DNA of 28,657 nucleotides from a virus: UHGV virus genome UHGV-0074437; one strand, written 5' to 3'. Below, in pieces: positions 27,595-28,657 of this stretch. The translations under genes were made by a program, and so were the position numbers. Below the pieces are notes generated by a model. It saw nothing but the letters and a program-made list of their open reading frames with translations, ran no database searches and was not told where the DNA came from. Each line of letters starts with the position of its first letter. Position 1 is the first letter of the stretch.

Positions 27595-27978
27595 ATGCAA
27601 TACGCATTAGTCAAAGACGGTGTCGTTGAAAACATAGTTGAATGGGATGGGACCGGAAATCCCTTTCCTGATTATGAAGTGATTGCAGTAAGCGCAGGCG
27701 GCGTGGGTGTGGGATGGTTATGGCAGGATGGGGTATTCGTTAACCCTAACGCACCATCGGAACCGACTGATGCCGAGTTGTATGACGCTGATCTTGCGGC
27801 GATCAACGCAGAGTACGAAAAGGACAAAAAGGACCTGGTATACGAATACGCAACTATCGGCCTTTTCGACGGTGCAAATGAGGACGCAAAGAAAGCGGCT
27901 GTGTACAGCAAGCTGCAGGCGCGGATTCAAAAGTACGCTTCTGATGTAGAAGCTCTGGATGAGAAATATGGGGGTTAA
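27595..27978 (+). CDS. Hypothetical protein, possibly tail-fibre-associated (assembly/chaperone candidate by position)
   Basis: 127-aa product from the ATG at 27595 with a strong AAGGAG RBS; the open frame extends upstream to 27460 but that part overlaps the terminator-like hairpin; acidic C-terminal half; no motif recognised with certainty. Confidence 0.5.
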   Translation: MQYALVKDGVVENIVEWDGTGNPFPDYEVIAVSAGGVGVGWLWQDGVFVNPNAPSEPTDAELYDADLAAINAEYEKDKKDLVYEYATIGLFDGANEDAKKAAVYSKLQARIQKYASDVEALDEKYGG

Positions 27979-27979
27979 C

Positions 27980-28147
27980 ATGGCAGAACAAGCAGAAAGC
28001 AGCGCAGCAACTACCGTACCCGATACATGTCCGAACTGTCTGGAAGTTGGGACGGTGAGCATCATTACAAAGACGATCGGAGGGGTAGTTAAATACTACT
28101 ACCAGTGTTCGTCTTGCGGCTATCGCTGGCCGGTACCAGCTGCATAA
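27980..28147 (+). CDS. Small zinc-ribbon protein (CxxC-x22-CxxC)
   Basis: 55-aa product from the ATG at 27980 (GGGGG 5 nt upstream, 1-nt gap after the preceding stop); cysteine pairs CPNC and CSSC separated by 22 residues. Confidence 0.5.
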   Translation: MAEQAESSAATTVPDTCPNCLEVGTVSIITKTIGGVVKYYYQCSSCGYRWPVPAA

Positions 28148-28208
28148 ATTTATTCCCCATCAAAACAAACCGATACCGCGCTTCGGTAGTAAAGAGGCGC
28201 ATCTTCAG

Positions 28209-28252
28209 TTGATCTGCTGGAACCTGAAATTATACTGTATGCGTATACAGTA
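28209..28252 (+). promoter_or_regulatory. SOS-regulated promoter: -35 TTGATC (28209-28214), -10 TATACT (28231-28236), overlapping a LexA box TACTGTATGCGTATACAGTA (28233-28252)
   Basis: The 20-bp palindrome matches the E. coli LexA-box consensus CTGT-N8-ACAG with TA-rich flanks; the sigma70-like hexamers are spaced 16 nt apart and overlap the box; located 15 nt upstream of the umuD-like start codon. Confidence 0.75.
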
Positions 28253-28267
28253 TTTTGGAGGTGCATC

Positions 28268-28657
28268 ATGGGATTTCCATCGCCAGCAGCAGACTACGTT
28301 GAAGAACGCATATCACTCGATAAGCGTCTTATCGCTCATCCTTCAGCCACCTACATGATGGTAGCGGGCTCTACATACCTGCGCGCTGGGATCATGAAGG
28401 GCGCAATGCTTATCGTCGACTCGTCGCTGACGCCGAAGGATGGTTCTCTGCTTGTCTGTGCTGTTGATGGTGAGTTCAGGATCATGCGTTACAGGACGCT
28501 GCCGCATCCTTGCCTGGAGAACCCTGAGAATGGAAGGAGGGAGCCACTACCATCAAAGGATGAGGTATCTGATACATCGCGGCCAGTATTCGGGGTGATT
28601 ACGTACAGCATCAACGATGCTCGCTCTGGCGAGTTCGACGACTGCCCGGTGATGTGA
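28268..28657 (+). CDS. UmuD'-like S24-peptidase-fold protein (natively N-truncated UmuD homolog, humD-like)
   Basis: 129-aa ORF with GGAGG RBS; N-terminus MGFPSPAADYVEERI aligns with E. coli UmuD beginning at the Cys24-Gly25 autocleavage site (as recalled); S24 core motifs present (HPSATYMM, GAMLIVDSS, VCAVDGEF). There is no in-frame upstream ATG. The stop is at the last base of the window. Confidence 0.8.
   Translation: MGFPSPAADYVEERISLDKRLIAHPSATYMMVAGSTYLRAGIMKGAMLIVDSSLTPKDGSLLVCAVDGEFRIMRYRTLPHPCLENPENGRREPLPSKDEVSDTSRPVFGVITYSINDARSGEFDDCPVM

Noticed and set aside
1-28657. Search for tRNA, integrase, attachment site or transposase
   Set aside because: No cloverleaf-like tRNA candidate, tyrosine/serine recombinase motif or terminal inverted repeats were recognised; the window appears to lie entirely within the late and accessory region of the prophage.

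Overview
This window is the late region of a mosaic temperate phage (prophage) from an enterobacterial host, read almost entirely on the + strand. From left to right: a lambda-type late-control and lysis cassette (RusA, NinH, antiterminator Q, PR' promoter with a short leader terminator, holin S, endolysin R, Rz with embedded Rz1); an HNH / Rha / HNH cluster; terminase small and large subunits; portal; a Mu-F-like head morphogenesis protein; a 688-aa multi-domain head protein; capsid and head-completion genes; then a Mu-like contractile-tail and baseplate module (sheath-like, tube-like, chaperone with a -1 frameshift extension, tape measure with a lytic transglycosylase domain, hub, spike V, W-like, J, I-like, glycine-rich fibre). 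Two AT-rich accessory islands interrupt the structural operon. One (21.1-22.0 kb) holds a secreted small protein and a convergent minus-strand membrane protein, and is my best candidate for an undescribed system. The other (25.9-27.5 kb) holds a minus-strand acyltransferase-3 gene (putative O-antigen acetylase) whose promoter-proximal end is tandemly duplicated. The window ends with a zinc-ribbon protein and a LexA-box-controlled gene encoding a UmuD homolog that starts at the UmuD' processing site. No tRNA, rRNA, CRISPR array, integrase or transposase was seen. All family assignments are from reading the translations and recalling known families; no database search was run.
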